Source: Eledone cirrhosa (taxonomy: Eukaryota). Taken from it: a stretch of DNA of 64,000 nt. The DNA lies in contig OZ024743.1 in assembly GCA_964016885.1 (NCBI GenBank), positions 179,242,001 through 179,306,000 of the forward strand. The letters run 5' to 3'. Both the position numbers and the translations under genes were made by a program. The notes below the pieces were generated by a model. That model did not search any database. It saw only the letters and a list, made by a program, of their open reading frames with translations, and was not told the DNA's origin. Shown here one piece after another: positions 40,724-54,629 of the stretch (positions are counted from its first letter, which is position 1; every line of letters begins with the position of its first letter).

Positions 40724-40935
40724 AGTTGCTGTTTTAGGTACAAGGCCAGCCATTTTTGGGGGAAGAGAAAGCCGGTTATATCCACCTCAGTACATTACTG
40801 GTACTATATTTTATCGATCCCATAAGAATGAAAGGTAAGGCTAATCTAGGCTGGATTTGGACGCAGGACGTAAAGGGACGTGACTGTATGCCACAAACCT
40901 GTTGCCCGAATCTCTACCGTTACAGCCTATCACCC
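40724..40935 (-). mobile_element. SINE family A long variant, diverged
   Basis: Reverse complement match to the central domain and tail. Confidence 0.75.
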
Positions 40936-41269
40936 TCTTCCTCGTTGATATATGAGGAAAGACATTTCAATCATGATTAATCCGCATCTCTCTGTATTCG
41001 GAAATCCATTATGAAATGTGTTCCCTAACGTGTGATTTTAGGAAGATGTGACTCTTATTTCCAGCAAGGTGGTGTACCACATTATATTGTCTTCTACATA
41101 GGATATACCACATATGATATTAAGGATCGAAACACTCGCTTGAAGGGTTTTCTACTCTGAAGACCTGCTGTCCAGCTCTTCTGCGAGATTCTTACCTCTG
41201 TTTTATTTATATAGGAAACGCATTAGCAGCGTGGGGGAAACAACGAATGATATCAACAGGTGAATCCAT

Positions 41270-41525
41270 ATACTATGAATGAACTCAACAAGCTGCTCTC
41301 TTCTTAAAGTGTATAGTCGTCTTCTTTTTGCGAGGTCCGTCGGGACAGAATCCTACAATACCCCCTCCAGCAGGTCCTGTCAGAAGCAACCGTATTTAGT
41401 TCATATGGCTAAATCCCCCGCCGATACCAGTTGGATGTTATCCAACCGTCCTGCTCGGAGTATAACCCTGGGTCTCTTGCCAGTTGGATTTGCCCATAAA
41501 ATCTGATCAGCGATTCTTTTCTGAG
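41270..41525 (-). pseudogene. RTE LINE 3' remnant
   Basis: Minus strand reads QKRIADQILWANPTGKRPR...RLDNIQ...LNTVASDRTCWR. Confidence 0.65.
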
Positions 41526-41670
41526 ATATAGTAATTTCAAAAATAGTTTTAAACAATCAGTTGCTGTAATCGCTTCATCAAAATTTAAATGCTCAAAGAT
41601 TAGTTTTCATTGTATTCTAATTCTAATCCCATCAAATCATATAATTTATAATTCATGTATTGATCTAATC

Positions 41671-41982
41671 CAGGGGCGTGCAACAGGTGGCCTGCGGGTC
41701 ACAAACCGGCCCACCAGACCAGTCAGAGTGGCCCGCGATGACCATTTTAATTTTTTATCTTGTAGGCTTATTTAGAATTTTTTTCGTAAGCGCAATACAT
41801 TTTTCTGTTAGTTGACCTATACTAAAGGGTTTCACTGATAGGGGCATGTGTGTTATAATTTTCCAGTTATAGAAAGAAGTTGTTGTGAATCTTTGGAATA
41901 GTGCTTAATAAATATTAATGGCCCTAATAGTTGTACCAATATTCAAAAGTGGCCCGCCAATGGAATATGTTGCACACCTCTG
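41671..41982. mobile_element. hAT (Charlie-like) MITE
   Basis: TIRs CAGGGGCGTGCAACA / TGTTGCACACCTCTG (13 of 15 match); subterminal GGCCCGC motifs; 8-bp TSD ATCTAATC / ATCTAACA. Confidence 0.85.
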
Positions 41983-42969
41983 ATCTAACATCGTTAGAAC
42001 TCCATGTAGTCCATGTCGTTTCTAAAGAAGACTAAATCTATAGTATCGAGACTATTAAGTTAGAGTTACATTATTACTATCGATTAGTCATCATATTAAT
42101 TCATCACGATCAATCAACCTTCAGAAACGATCGTAAAACAATGAATTGATTAAGCACTAAACTTCGTCCTTTTTGTTCCATGTTTTAGGTAAAAAAATAT
42201 AGAGAAAGTTCAGTTAATTATGATTTTATTCAATTTCTCAGGTTCACACACATATTGCAGCGGTCCTTTAGTTTTTCTAAGCCCTGTAAATCGGAAGGTT
42301 CAGCCTTCAACTAGGCCTCTATAGCGATGATCAATCCATGAACTTTTCAGCACACTTCGTACATAAAATAAAATACACGTAACTGTGCACCGCTTAAACT
42401 TCTGTCATAATTCACTTGATTTTGTTTAATAATATGTCACAGTATTTCTAAACTGACCGCACCCGATATTAGATTAAAACAGGAAGAGAACAAGTGGGTA
42501 ATGAAATATTCCAAGATATGACTATTTTTAATTATAGGCGTAATGTCTAGATTCTGTGCTCAGTTAGAAACTTTCACTCAAGTGAAATATTGTATTGTAT
42601 TTCTCACCATCAACGTTTTTCACTACTTCTGTCAAAATCACAAAACCCGTGACCAAAAAAAATCACCATTATCATCATCATCATCATCATCACCACCATT
42701 TCACTTATATTAAAACTACGTTAAAATCAAATTTAATGGATTAGTTCATCATCATTATCACCACCACCACCATCATTATTGTTATAAGAAGACATAGTGT
42801 GAACGATGTGTATATGTTGATGTATGTGAGTGTGTGTGTGTGCTAAAATACGTTAATAATTCTTATTTATGAAATCATTAGCCATAGTATTTTACAACCT
42901 TGATAAACATTATTAAAATCAGTCAGATGCGAATAATTTTAATTCACGCTAGATTCATGTTACTGAAGC

Positions 42970-43285
42970 GATATAGTGTTACAGAGTAGCTAGAACGTTG
43001 GATTGAATGATTTGCGGTATTCGTTTGGATTCTCAGCTCTCTGAGTTCAAATCCCGCTGAGAACAACTTTGCCTATCATTTATTCAAGGCATATAAAATA
43101 TGTATTAGTCTATTACTGTGGTCGATTCTTCCTCTACATCTCTTTCGCAATTCCTCTCACTCACTCTCTATCCTTCAATCGAAGAAATCTGCTATATTCG
43201 GATCTGGTGAGTTGATGGACTACGTCAGGTAGAAACACTGTATATCAATACAGCGCTGCTACGATGTCCTTGAAAGTTACGGAAC
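42970..43285 (+). mobile_element. SINE family B
   Basis: CTGAGTTCAAATCCCGCTGAG and tail AATCTGCTATATTCGGATCTGG. Confidence 0.7.
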
Positions 43286-43429
43286 CAAGCATGAGCAAGC
43301 AGATAGTTTTACACTAATTATACGTATGTGATTAAACACAGGCATTAATATATTTTAATCAAACACACAATCTTCCGCCCAAACATGTCGATCTATGTAT
43401 TATAATGTTGTATAATTCATGCTGCGTCC

Positions 43430-43466
<37 letters not shown>

Positions 43467-43709
43467 CTTGTTAAAATGTGTAGTGCAGAGATATTAACAC
43501 AGCACTGGCCTTGTTGCAGTCTAGCTATCCTGACTCTAAATAACTGCGCCAATTGCAATAATGCTGTCGTTGTGTTTAACGCCTCAAAAGCTAGCTGTGT
43601 TTATTGCACAACACTCACAAAAATGGGCACATACAGAGTTAGACACAAACATTGGAACACACATACATATGTATGTTCTTCTGGTTTTATAATTTCACAT
43701 GTATGTATG

Positions 43710-44419
43710 TCAAGTAAAATAACGGAACAAAGGACTCGCGTCTAATCCTGTAATTTAATGAGCTCAAAGGAAACAGATTTCCTCGGCACTTCAAAATACA
43801 ATATAGAGAGGAAAAACACAGGAGGGTGAGTTTTCATTTACAGGATTTAAAACCACTAGTGTGAAGGGAATATCAGCTAAGGGAGGTATAGGAAATACAT
43901 TATAATTAAAAGGATAAATTAAAATGAAAAACCAACCTCATAACTAAATCACACATGTACAGAATAACTAGGAGATTGTTTCACCATGAAATTAGTGGGT
44001 TCCAATTCAGCCTTGTGGATCATTAGCATGTGCTTAGACCGATATTGTCCGCACTGCTAGAGAGACCTAAAATAACTGACCTGTAACACGTGTAAACAGA
44101 GGGAAAATACGTGCGCGAGGCATTGACTGGTGGTATGAATAGAACAAGCCGCTAGAAATGGCAGCTTATACCATTCAATTTATAGTGCTCAACGCAATGA
44201 GCAAATATCAAGTAAAATAACGGAGTAAAGGACTCGCGTTAATTCCTGTAATTTAATGGATGAGTTCAAATGAAAAATATTTCCTGGGCACTTCAAAGTA
44301 CAATATAGAGAGGAAAAACACAGGAGAGTGTGTTTTCATTTTCAGGATATTCCCTTCACGCTGGCGGTTTTAAATCCTGCAAATGAAAACACACTCTCCT
44401 GTGTTTCCCTCTCTATATT
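43710..44419. mobile_element. Element with ~135-bp direct repeats and a terminal inverted segment (Penelope pLTR-like architecture)
   Basis: 43710-43845 is similar to 44208-44347; 44346-44419 is an inverted copy of 43800-43874; abuts (TA)/(TC)n. Confidence 0.6.
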
Positions 44420-44424
44420 ATATA

Positions 44425-44955
<531 letters not shown>

Positions 44956-45165
44956 GTATAACAATAACGGTTTCAACACACGTTTTCAGATAAAGAATCT
45001 TGCTAAACAAATTCCGAAACGAAATATTTATATATATATATATACACATACAAATACATACACACATATATATATATACATATGCTTGTTTGCGTTTGTG
45101 GGCACTAGTTATGCATCTGTTGCATGATAATATGTCCGGAAATCAGAAATATATAGTTAACTAAT

Positions 45166-45228
<63 letters not shown>

Positions 45229-45378
45229 GCCATTGCATGAAAAATATATTCTATGTCCTGTGAAATAAATATGAAATGTATAGTTATAGAAAATTACACC
45301 CGAGATCCAGGTCTCAGAATTTTGGTACGATATGAGATTAAACATTAAGGGACAATGTACCTCTATTATTAGAAAATA

Positions 45379-45567
45379 GGGCGGTGGATTGGTAGTATCG
45401 GTAGAGGGTCGGACGCCATGCTTTCTAGCATAGTTACGTCCCTTTACGATCTGAGTTCAAATCCCGCCGAGGTTGACTTTGCCTTTCATCCTTACGGGGT
45501 CGATAAAATAAAGTACCAGTGAGGCACTGGGTAGTTGCTGGCCTTGTGCCTAAAGTAGAAACAATTA
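45379..45567 (+). mobile_element. SINE family A with 14-bp TSD, followed by two degenerate copies to ~45880
   Basis: TSD ATTATTAGAAAATA at 45365-45378 and 45564-45577. Confidence 0.9.
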
Positions 45568-46004
45568 TTAGAAAATATATTGTGGGAGGTTGAATGGTAG
45601 TATCGGTACTGCATCTAGCAACCTACATAGGCATGGCCCTTTACGGACGTAGTTTACATCCCATCGAGCTTAGATTTAACTTTCGTCCCTACATGGTCGA
45701 TAAAATTATACACAAGTATTCCAACTTTACCCTCCCCAAACTTCTTAGGCCTTTTGACTAAATCTCTCATTATTACAACATATGTTAGGGTGGTGGATTG
45801 GCAGTGTTGGTTGTGCGTCGGACAGCACCCATTGCGGCATATAGTTACGGCCCTTTACATCCCGATATATTTTCTCCTGAAGTTGATGTTTTTAAAGAAT
45901 GCATATCGATTGGGATTAACTTCGTGAAACTTGTAAAGGTGGGGGTTTAAAAAATTCCTAATGCATTCTGGTGTGGTTGAATATATGTCATGGCGATTTG
46001 AATA

Positions 46005-46312
46005 ACTTGTTCAAGGATGTTGTCATAGCAATGAACAGATTGCTCTGCACAAGGATGGACCCATAGTAATGGACAGAGATTGCATGTTCAAAGATGTAGC
46101 TACAGCAATGGACATAGATTTCATGTTCAAGGATGTAGCCATAGCAATGGACAGAGATTGCTTGGTCAAGAATGTTACTATAGCAATGGACAGAGATTGC
46201 TTGGTCAAGAATGTTACTATAGCAATGGGCAGAGATTGTTAGGTCAGTGATGGACCCATAGCAATGGAAATAGATTACTTTGTTAAGGATGTAGTCATAG
46301 CAATAGACAGAT
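46005..46312. repeat. 39-bp tandem minisatellite (~8 units; TTGCTTGGTCAAGGATGTAGCTATAGCAATGGACAGAGA-like)
   Basis: ATAGCAATGGACAGAGATTG recurs at 39-bp spacing. Confidence 0.9.
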
Positions 46313-46440
46313 TCAAATGATTGAATCCTCTTTTTGTAAAATATCTCTGAACATTGTTCATATTTGGTGTGTTGGAGAGCGGTAACTTGGCAGAATCGTT
46401 AAATCTCTGATATAAGAAACCATATTTGGTGTGCCAATAT

Positions 46441-46570
46441 AGCGGTGGATTGTTAGTATCAGTGGAGCGGTGGAATCGATAAAATAATGTAGCAGTTAAG
46501 CACTGGGATTGGTTTAATTGACTTCCCCTCCTTGAAATTGCTGGTCTTGTGCCAAATATAGAAACTATTA
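46441..46570 (+). mobile_element. SINE family A, internally deleted
   Basis: GCGGTGGATTG head and GCTGGTCTTGTGCCAAATATAGAAAC tail. Confidence 0.7.
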
Positions 46571-47089
46571 TTAGAACATGTTTACTCGATTGTGAGTTGC
46601 AACAGATTTTTTTAAAACAAATGCTTACAGTGTTTCTAAGATCTATTGGAACAAATTATTCAGATATTCAGGTAACTAAGTAGTTTAGACACTTCTACAC
46701 GTCCAATAATATATAATCCAAAAAATAAATCGAATAAAGAAAACAATTATAACAGAAAGAAAACATTAAATTGAAACAATGATTATTATCTGTTCTATAA
46801 TTGCTTTTATTATCATATGTTGCTAGTATTTAACACCAGGTCAATTCTGATCGTCCAGGCTTCTGATGAGAACATTTCAACCGTGATCGCAGTAAAATTT
46901 AGATATAATATTTTAAGGAAAGCATTATTTAATTACACTTTATGATATAATAGAGTACGATAAGATTTAGCTATCGTCTCTAAAAGGGAGAGTGAAGCGA
47001 TAACTAAAGGTATCAGTTAATGTTAAACCAGGCCCTATGTGACTATTCCCACAAATAATTTTTGAGAAATGAAGACGGAATGATGAAGC

Positions 47090-47318
47090 TGGTGCGTTAT
47101 TACACACGCTCCAGCAATTCATCTATTTAACTTAGCCTCAGCGTCCCACTACTCACGAAAACGACCCCGAGATATTTAGACTTCTCCATGTGTCTCAGTG
47201 TAACTTCATTCACATATAGACTGCTCTAAGAAGGCTTTCTTGAGAGGATGACTGATTCAGTTTACGCAGCATTTATTTTCATTCCTGCCATGCAGTATTC
47301 GGCAATAAATCTAAAGCT
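47090..47318 (-). pseudogene. RTE LINE RT remnant, post-YADD region
   Basis: Minus strand reads AGMKINAA*TESVILSRKP...VNEVTLR...EKSKYLGVVFVSSG. Confidence 0.75.
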
Positions 47319-47319
47319 A

Positions 47320-47720
47320 TTCTGGCATATGTTTATGCGCCCGGTGGCTGGAATCTGGAAATGCATCAAAGCAATTGCAATTAGAAGAAATAATCTAAAT
47401 TTTCGAAATAGGACACAAAAGAGATTGCTCTAATTATAGAAGAAGCTTATTGTTAACCCTCTCCGCTTACGTCCCTGCTAAGTGTCTGGTAAAAAGATAC
47501 AGGGATATCTTCGAGTCCAAACAAGCTGGTGAACCGTGTGGTTTTTGTTCCGGATGTAGCACAGCTGATCAACTATTCTCTCTGCGTAAGTTCTTTGAGA
47601 ACTCGTAGGAGTATTGCCAAGAGGTTTCAGCAGAAATCGTGGACCTCTAAAAGGCATACGAGACTGGTTGTGAAGAGAATCAATATGCATATCTGAGCAT
47701 TAGAATATGTATAACAGACG
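47320..47720 (+). pseudogene. RTE LINE RT remnant, N-terminal RT region (opposite orientation to the adjacent fragment)
   Basis: One frame reads DCSNYRRSLLLTLS...AKCLVKR...PCGFCSGCSTADQLFSLRKFFENS*EY...VDL*KAY. Confidence 0.8.
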
Positions 47721-47799
47721 CGAGCAATTGTAATTCTTCACTTATATATCAACAAACGTTGAAGTTGTAATGATGCTCAGGAGATGGGAAACATGGTTT

Positions 47800-47851
<52 letters not shown>

Positions 47852-47927
47852 ATGTGTATATATATATATAAACATATATATATATATATATATATGTGTG
47901 TATGTGTGTATATATATATAAACATAT

Positions 47928-47966
<39 letters not shown>

Positions 47967-48047
47967 TATATACATACACCCAAACACACACACACGCATA
48001 TATATATCGACACACATATATATATATATACACAGAAGGAAACACAC

Positions 48048-48078
<31 letters not shown>

Positions 48079-48708
48079 AACATATATATATACACACAAA
48101 CACACACACACTTACGCACATATGCATATATATATGTAATGTGTATGTGTGGTGTCCCTCCTTTATTAGTTTCACTCAATGGCTGATTAAGTTTTTAAAA
48201 AAAAATCAATTAATCAGCGCTATACAACAATTATAAATGTGAAGAGGAAATATACCTACTTTTCTATTCAATGTCCCGACTGTACATTATTATTTTTCAT
48301 TCTTTCAATCATCGAGCAAAACTCGTAAAGGCGGGACACCACACACACACACACAAATATATATCTATATATATGTATATATATGTGTGTGTGTGTGTAT
48401 CATATTTTGTCCCAACTCCCTTACGGTCGAGTGAAATAGGAACGTACTGGATACTTCTTCTAGCAAATATATTACACGCCAAACGTCCAGCCCTCACCAC
48501 CCTTCTGCGACCCTTATACCTCATCTTTCACCCTCCCGAGAATTTTTCACTTGTAGCGGTCTGTTCACGAATTTTTCCTTTTAATGAGCGTCTCTTGAAC
48601 AGACGATAGTCTCGTAGCTGCATACCAGTCGGGACTTTGAAGAAAAGAATAGTTATATTTTGTCAATTTTGTCTTCAGCTTTACAATTTTTGTATAATAA
48701 TAATAATA

Positions 48709-49020
48709 ATTGTTTCTACTTTTGGCACAAGGCCAGCAATTAACCAGTGCATTACTGGTACTTTATTTTATCGATCCCGTAAGGATGAAAGGCAAAGTTA
48801 AACTCGGCCGGATTTGAACTCAGATCATAAAGGGACTTAACTATGCTCGAAAGCATGGCGTCTGGCTGGTTTCTAATATATTACACGCCAAATATATTAC
48901 AAGACCAGCAATTTGGGGGTGGGGAAGTCGATTAAATCGACCCCAGTGCGTGACTGGTACTTTATTTTATCGACACCGTAAGGATGAAAAGCAAAGTTAA
49001 CCTCGGCGGGATTTGAACTC
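48709..49020 (-). mobile_element. Two 5'-truncated SINE family A copies within (TAA)n tracts
   Basis: Consensus matches at 48709-48863 and ~48870-49021, flanked by (TAA)n. Confidence 0.85.
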
Positions 49021-49744
49021 AATAATAATAATAATTATTATTATTATTATATATATCTATATATCTAGGGCGGGTAAAATTCCTGAGATCCATGGACGAG
49101 TATATATATATATATATACATACATATTTATATATATATATATACAAAACAACAAAAACAGAAAACAAAAAACAAACAAACACAGGAGTAAATGTTACAT
49201 GTTATAATTAGTTTCACACACACACACACATATATATATATTTATATATACACATACATGATATACAAGTATAGGTTTATAAAATGATTCACAAAATACA
49301 AATTAGCTCTATAATTGCTTGTATGGAAACTATGTCAAGTATATGATGTTTGTATGTGAATATATAATTATATTATTAAATCATTATTTCCTATTTAATA
49401 AACAAGTGGAAAACTGAAATGTTATAGCTGGTACATATTTTATTATTATAGCACGTAGCAAGATGGACAGTATGTTCAGAATTTTATGTTTAAAAAAGTA
49501 ATGTAGAGGAAATAATGAAGCATCCTCACTAATGCATTTGAAAGGGAAACCATAAAAGTATAACACTTTTAAATGAAAGCATGTTAATCTTACATCAGGA
49601 ACTTTCTATCGAAAAAAATATCCTGAAATATATAATAATGGAAATCATTGTTTACAAGGCTCAAGTGCAATATGACCCAGGGCGTGCCTCACAGGAAATC
49701 CTGCATTCCTCATAATCCATGTTTTTTTAAATGACTACACAAAC

Positions 49745-49841
49745 ATATACCCCCCCCCCCCCCCACACACACACATATATATATATATATATGAATATAT
49801 GTATGTGTATATTTATATATGTATATGTGTATAAATATGTG

Positions 49842-49876
<35 letters not shown>

Positions 49877-50010
49877 CGTGTGTATGTATGTGTATGTATG
49901 AATATACGTATATATATACGTATGTATGTATATATATATGTATATATATATACATATATATATATGTATGTGTATATTTATATATGTATATGTGTATAAA
50001 TATGTGTATG

Positions 50011-50042
<32 letters not shown>

Positions 50043-50087
50043 TATATAGTGCGTGTGTATGTATGTGTATGTATGAATATACGTATG

Positions 50088-50125
<38 letters not shown>

Positions 50126-50160
50126 TATGTATATGCAAACATATGTATGTGTGTGTATGA
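49745..50160. repeat. Compound TA/TG microsatellite with a ~165-bp higher-order duplication
   Basis: The block GTATGTGTATATTTATATATGTATATGTGTATAAATATG...AGTGCGTGTGTATGTATGTGTATGTATGAATATACGTA occurs twice. Confidence 0.85.
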
Positions 50161-51048
50161 TTTCGTGTCAAAATCGTACGATCGTCGATGATACTTTTTG
50201 TCGTGGTGTTAATCCCTTTATCAAGAAGAAACATGAATGGTACCTGTAATTGCTAGAGGCAGCATTGTCACACACTCTGTCTCACGGAATCCCCTGCGAT
50301 CTACGTAAAGCATGTACCTCTCTATGGAATACTAAGCCTGTTCAAATTACCTTCACGAGCAGGCGGGTCTATTGAACTTGAAACTGAAAGATTCGTCGTA
50401 GAAACAGATAGAGTTCAACAGAAATGTCCATTCCACCTGAGAAATTCTTTAATTCCAGATAACTAATCACAGCCGTTAACTAATGGATATACTCATGAGT
50501 CCGGATGAGAAATATTTAGATGGCCATTCACATTTTTCTACTGTAATCTAGAAACTAAATATCCTTCAAAATTTGAAGGAAAGTGCAAGGAAATTATAAG
50601 GTCTTATATCATTAAAACATCAAACGAACAGAGAAAAAAACTCCAAAAACAGTGAAATAGTGTGAGAAAACGGTAAAAACAAGCATAAATCATTCACCAT
50701 CAGCAGGCATATCATTGCAGAAATCGTGCAAATATCAGTTTCTGCTTTCAAAACATATGAGAACTCCTTTCAAAGTAGAAGGATAATGATCAATATGGAC
50801 GTGTTAAAGTAGTTTAAAATAACGACCAACGTGTTGTCCTGGTGTGGAACATTCTCTAGTAGAGATGTTGTTGCATATCGGAAATGGAAACAGTTTAGCT
50901 TTTTTGCTTTTATTTGCTTATATGCCATACGTTAAACACGAAATGATAAAACTCATGTCGATATATTACTATAGACTATACTATCATATCATTACACTAT
51001 CTTACTAAACATCGCATTCTGATCTACTCTGTGTCATTATCTAAGAGA

Positions 51049-51130
<82 letters not shown>

Positions 51131-51135
<5 letters not shown>

Positions 51136-51332
51136 AAAAGGTATGACCCCGACGGCAGAGCTCAAGCCGTTTCGATGGCTATTTCTGGACTATAACAGTC
51201 CAGAAATAGCCGTCGAAACGACTTGAGCTCTGCCTTAGGGGTCATACCTTTTCCTATAACCCACTCTACTACTCTAAGTATTGAGTACTCTGGTGCGTTA
51301 TTGTCCATCTGGTTCCTTACCACAATTCCTTC

Positions 51333-51335
<3 letters not shown>
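51131..51335 (-). mobile_element. (TA)n-embedded hairpin element family E, copy 3
   Basis: Arms ~51130-51191 / 51197-51258; leader in reverse orientation; (TA)n on both sides. Confidence 0.82.
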
Positions 51336-51371
<36 letters not shown>

Positions 51372-51584
51372 ATTATTTTTACTTTCAAAGTAAAGGGTGT
51401 CATGAATGATACAAAATCAAACATATGTCTTGTCTCTAAACACAGCTGAAGATAGAATTCAGAGAATAAAATCGAGCCTTATTCATTATAAAAAAGTGAT
51501 TGAAATATATTCATACACAGATAAGTGTGCACTACAACATATCAAAACATAGAACTAGAGACAATCTCTCTCTCTCTCGCTCTC

Positions 51585-51702
<118 letters not shown>

Positions 51703-52507
51703 GTATATATATATATACACACACAAAGTTCGCTTAGCGTTTTACTTTTTTGTCCATCCTGCATAAGGTAGGAATCTGTCACACGATAATTAGTGTGAGT
51801 GATAGTATAATATGAATGAGTAGGAACAAAGAGATTAGTTTATGCTGATTGAAACGGCTTTACTATGAATGCTGTAAAAAACTACGATGATAATATTTTT
51901 GTGTAAATATTCTAGTAAGTAATATGTCAATGTTTAATATTTTTTGTAAATGTGTTATCACATAGAAATTTCCTGCAAAACTGGGGCTTTGAAGTACACC
52001 CCTTCTATCATTTACTTGTATATAACTTCCAGTCTCTATCTTGGATTAAATTCCAATAACCTATTAATTCTAATAGGTGTGATGTTATTAGGAATCATTC
52101 AAAGCCTACAAGGACGTCTTTACACTGGGCTGCTGGAAACACATAAACGACTGTCAATCTGAGAGCATTATCTTTAATGCTAGACTCGTCTAGGACCACG
52201 TATTTTCTATATGACTTCTAAAGGATCGATCGAATTTAGAATCAAAACTTTCCTGGAGAATATTGTCATTCAATTCATCTGGCGTCGAGTACAAACATCG
52301 TAGTTATTTAATGGGTGCTCTTGTACACATGCATCGCAAACGCTGTTGATATCAACTGGTTATATAATTTTTATACCTTAGAATGATATTGTGTTATGGT
52401 ACTATATATATATATCTTAACTATAATAAAGAAAGGAGTGCGGGACTGCGCCCAGAATATATTCTTTTACGCCGTTTGTAAAATAAGTTGGATTATTTTC
52501 AAAAAAT

Positions 52508-52697
52508 AATTGTTTCTACGTTAGGCACAAGGCCAGCAATTACCCAGTGTATTACTGGTACTTTATTTTATCGACCCCGTAAGGATGAAAGGCAAAGTTA
52601 ACCTCGGTGGGATTTGAACTCAGAATAGCAAGGGCCGTAACTCTATGCGTCAAAGCATGGCGTCCGACTCTCTACCAATACTGCCAATCCACCGCCC
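52508..52697 (-). mobile_element. SINE family A, full length
   Basis: Near-consensus; imperfect TSD TTATTTTCAAAAAATAAT / TTATTTTGAATAAATAAT. Confidence 0.9.
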
Positions 52698-53101
52698 TTA
52701 TTTTGAATAAATAATGAATGAATATTACATAATTATTGTGCTAAATTTCGTGGTTGTTGATTAAATATATTTTATAGCTTATCTAAAGATTCACTTCTTT
52801 AAAATTTTCAAATGTCAACACTTCGGGTTAGCGGCCACTATATTATAACACTTATGAAAATATGGCATATATTTCCGTCGCTAAGTTTCTCCTAATGCAG
52901 TTTATATATAATATCGTCTTTTAAAAAATGTATCATGGATTACGTTGCTGATTACAGAAGACAGTGTAACATAGACTTCGTTCAATTTCTGTGTATATTG
53001 TCAATTACGATTTTATTTGATGTATCATATCTACATGTATAATATCAATATACACACTACACATGCTAGCAGAAAACCACCCTAAGGTGATTCTTCTGCT
53101 A

Positions 53102-53148
<47 letters not shown>

Positions 53149-54259
53149 TATACATACATGCATGCATTTATACACTCACATACATACATACATATGCATA
53201 CATTTTTCCTGCAGTGTGTATGGTCGTTGAGTAAGTTACTGCGTTTCTCTTTGGTCCAGTCTACCCATTTAATAAAATACCCTACTACTGTAATTCAAAG
53301 TGTATCTTTTTATTTACACAGTTTACCACACTGGATCTCACCGAGAATAGCGTTAAAGTGTACATTTTCTGTGAAATGTTTAGCCTTTTGTACGTTAATT
53401 TCACGAGAAGAGCATTCCGTTGTCCGAACAGCTAGAACACACATCGTCGAATGCGATGGAGATCCATTCCTCTTCCCAAGTCAGTTATTTGTAGGAACGA
53501 TTCTATTTTAACCCCTTAAGGGAAGTAGATTCTTTTCCGCATTTTAACTGAAACGGTTTAATAATAATTTAATTCGAAAAACTAAGAGTGCAATAGGGAA
53601 AATTTGCCTAAATTATATACAAAGTGATTTCTTTTTATGTTTGTGAGCTGCTACTATGTAAATAATAAAGCTATTGCTTTCTCTGGCCTTAAATTAAAAC
53701 GTTTAAAATGTATTTTGTACTACTTTGTTTCTTCCATGGAAACGACTTAAAAATACGTCCTAAGAAATAATATCTGTTGTTCCTTTTGAAGTCATCTTCT
53801 ATTAGTGTTCTTTTGTACATACCTTGTTTGACTAATTCCTCTTTACAGCGAGACAATTAGTAGTATAAAACATAACTAATAACCCCATTCTCTCATCCTT
53901 ATTGGAAAATCTGAAGACCTTTATTTTCTCTCTTAAGGAATAAGATTATGAATATTATCGATAATATTTATATACAAAGAATCATCTTTATACATATACA
54001 TACCCACACTCAGACACACACACATATATATATATACACACACATACACTTATACAAGTGTAAGCGCGCGCACACACACACGTATATATGACCAAAGATT
54101 AGTATGGTTCGTTGATTACTCAATGAATACATTTACAATGGATTAGAAGCACTCAACATGTATTTTTACTGGAGTTTTTATATTATTCAAAATATTAACA
54201 AATGAAACATATTCTCATAATCAAAATATATACTTTATTATGTATATTTCATAATATAT

Positions 54260-54440
54260 TGAATAATATATATATATATTATATATATTTCATATATATT
54301 ATATATATTATATATAATATAATACATTATATATAATATATAATAATATATATATATATATTATATATAATAATATATATATATATTATATATATTTCAT
54401 ATATATCATATATATTATATTATATATATATATTATATAA
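54260..54440. repeat. Nearly pure A/T (TA/TAA mosaic) tract
   Basis: Directly visible. Confidence 0.9.
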
Positions 54441-54442
54441 AA

Positions 54443-54629
54443 GGGCGATGGATTGGCAGTATCGGTAGAGAGTCGGACACCATGCGTTGAAGCATAGAGT
54501 TACGTCCCTTATGATCTGAGTTCAAATCCTGCCGAGGTTAACTTTGCCATTTATCCTACGGGGTCGATCAAATAAAGTACCAGTAATGTACTGGTTAAAT
54601 GCTGGCCTTATGCCAAAAGTAGAAACATT
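54443..54629 (+). mobile_element. SINE family A, full length
   Basis: Near-consensus match. Confidence 0.9.

Noticed and set aside
45100-45127. SYASVA peptide resembling mGluR exon 2 (ISYAST)
   Set aside because: No IPQI upstream, no acceptor, immediate stop; chance match.
46005-46312. CRISPR-like periodicity
   Set aside because: Contiguous tandem units without unique spacers; eukaryotic context, no cas genes.
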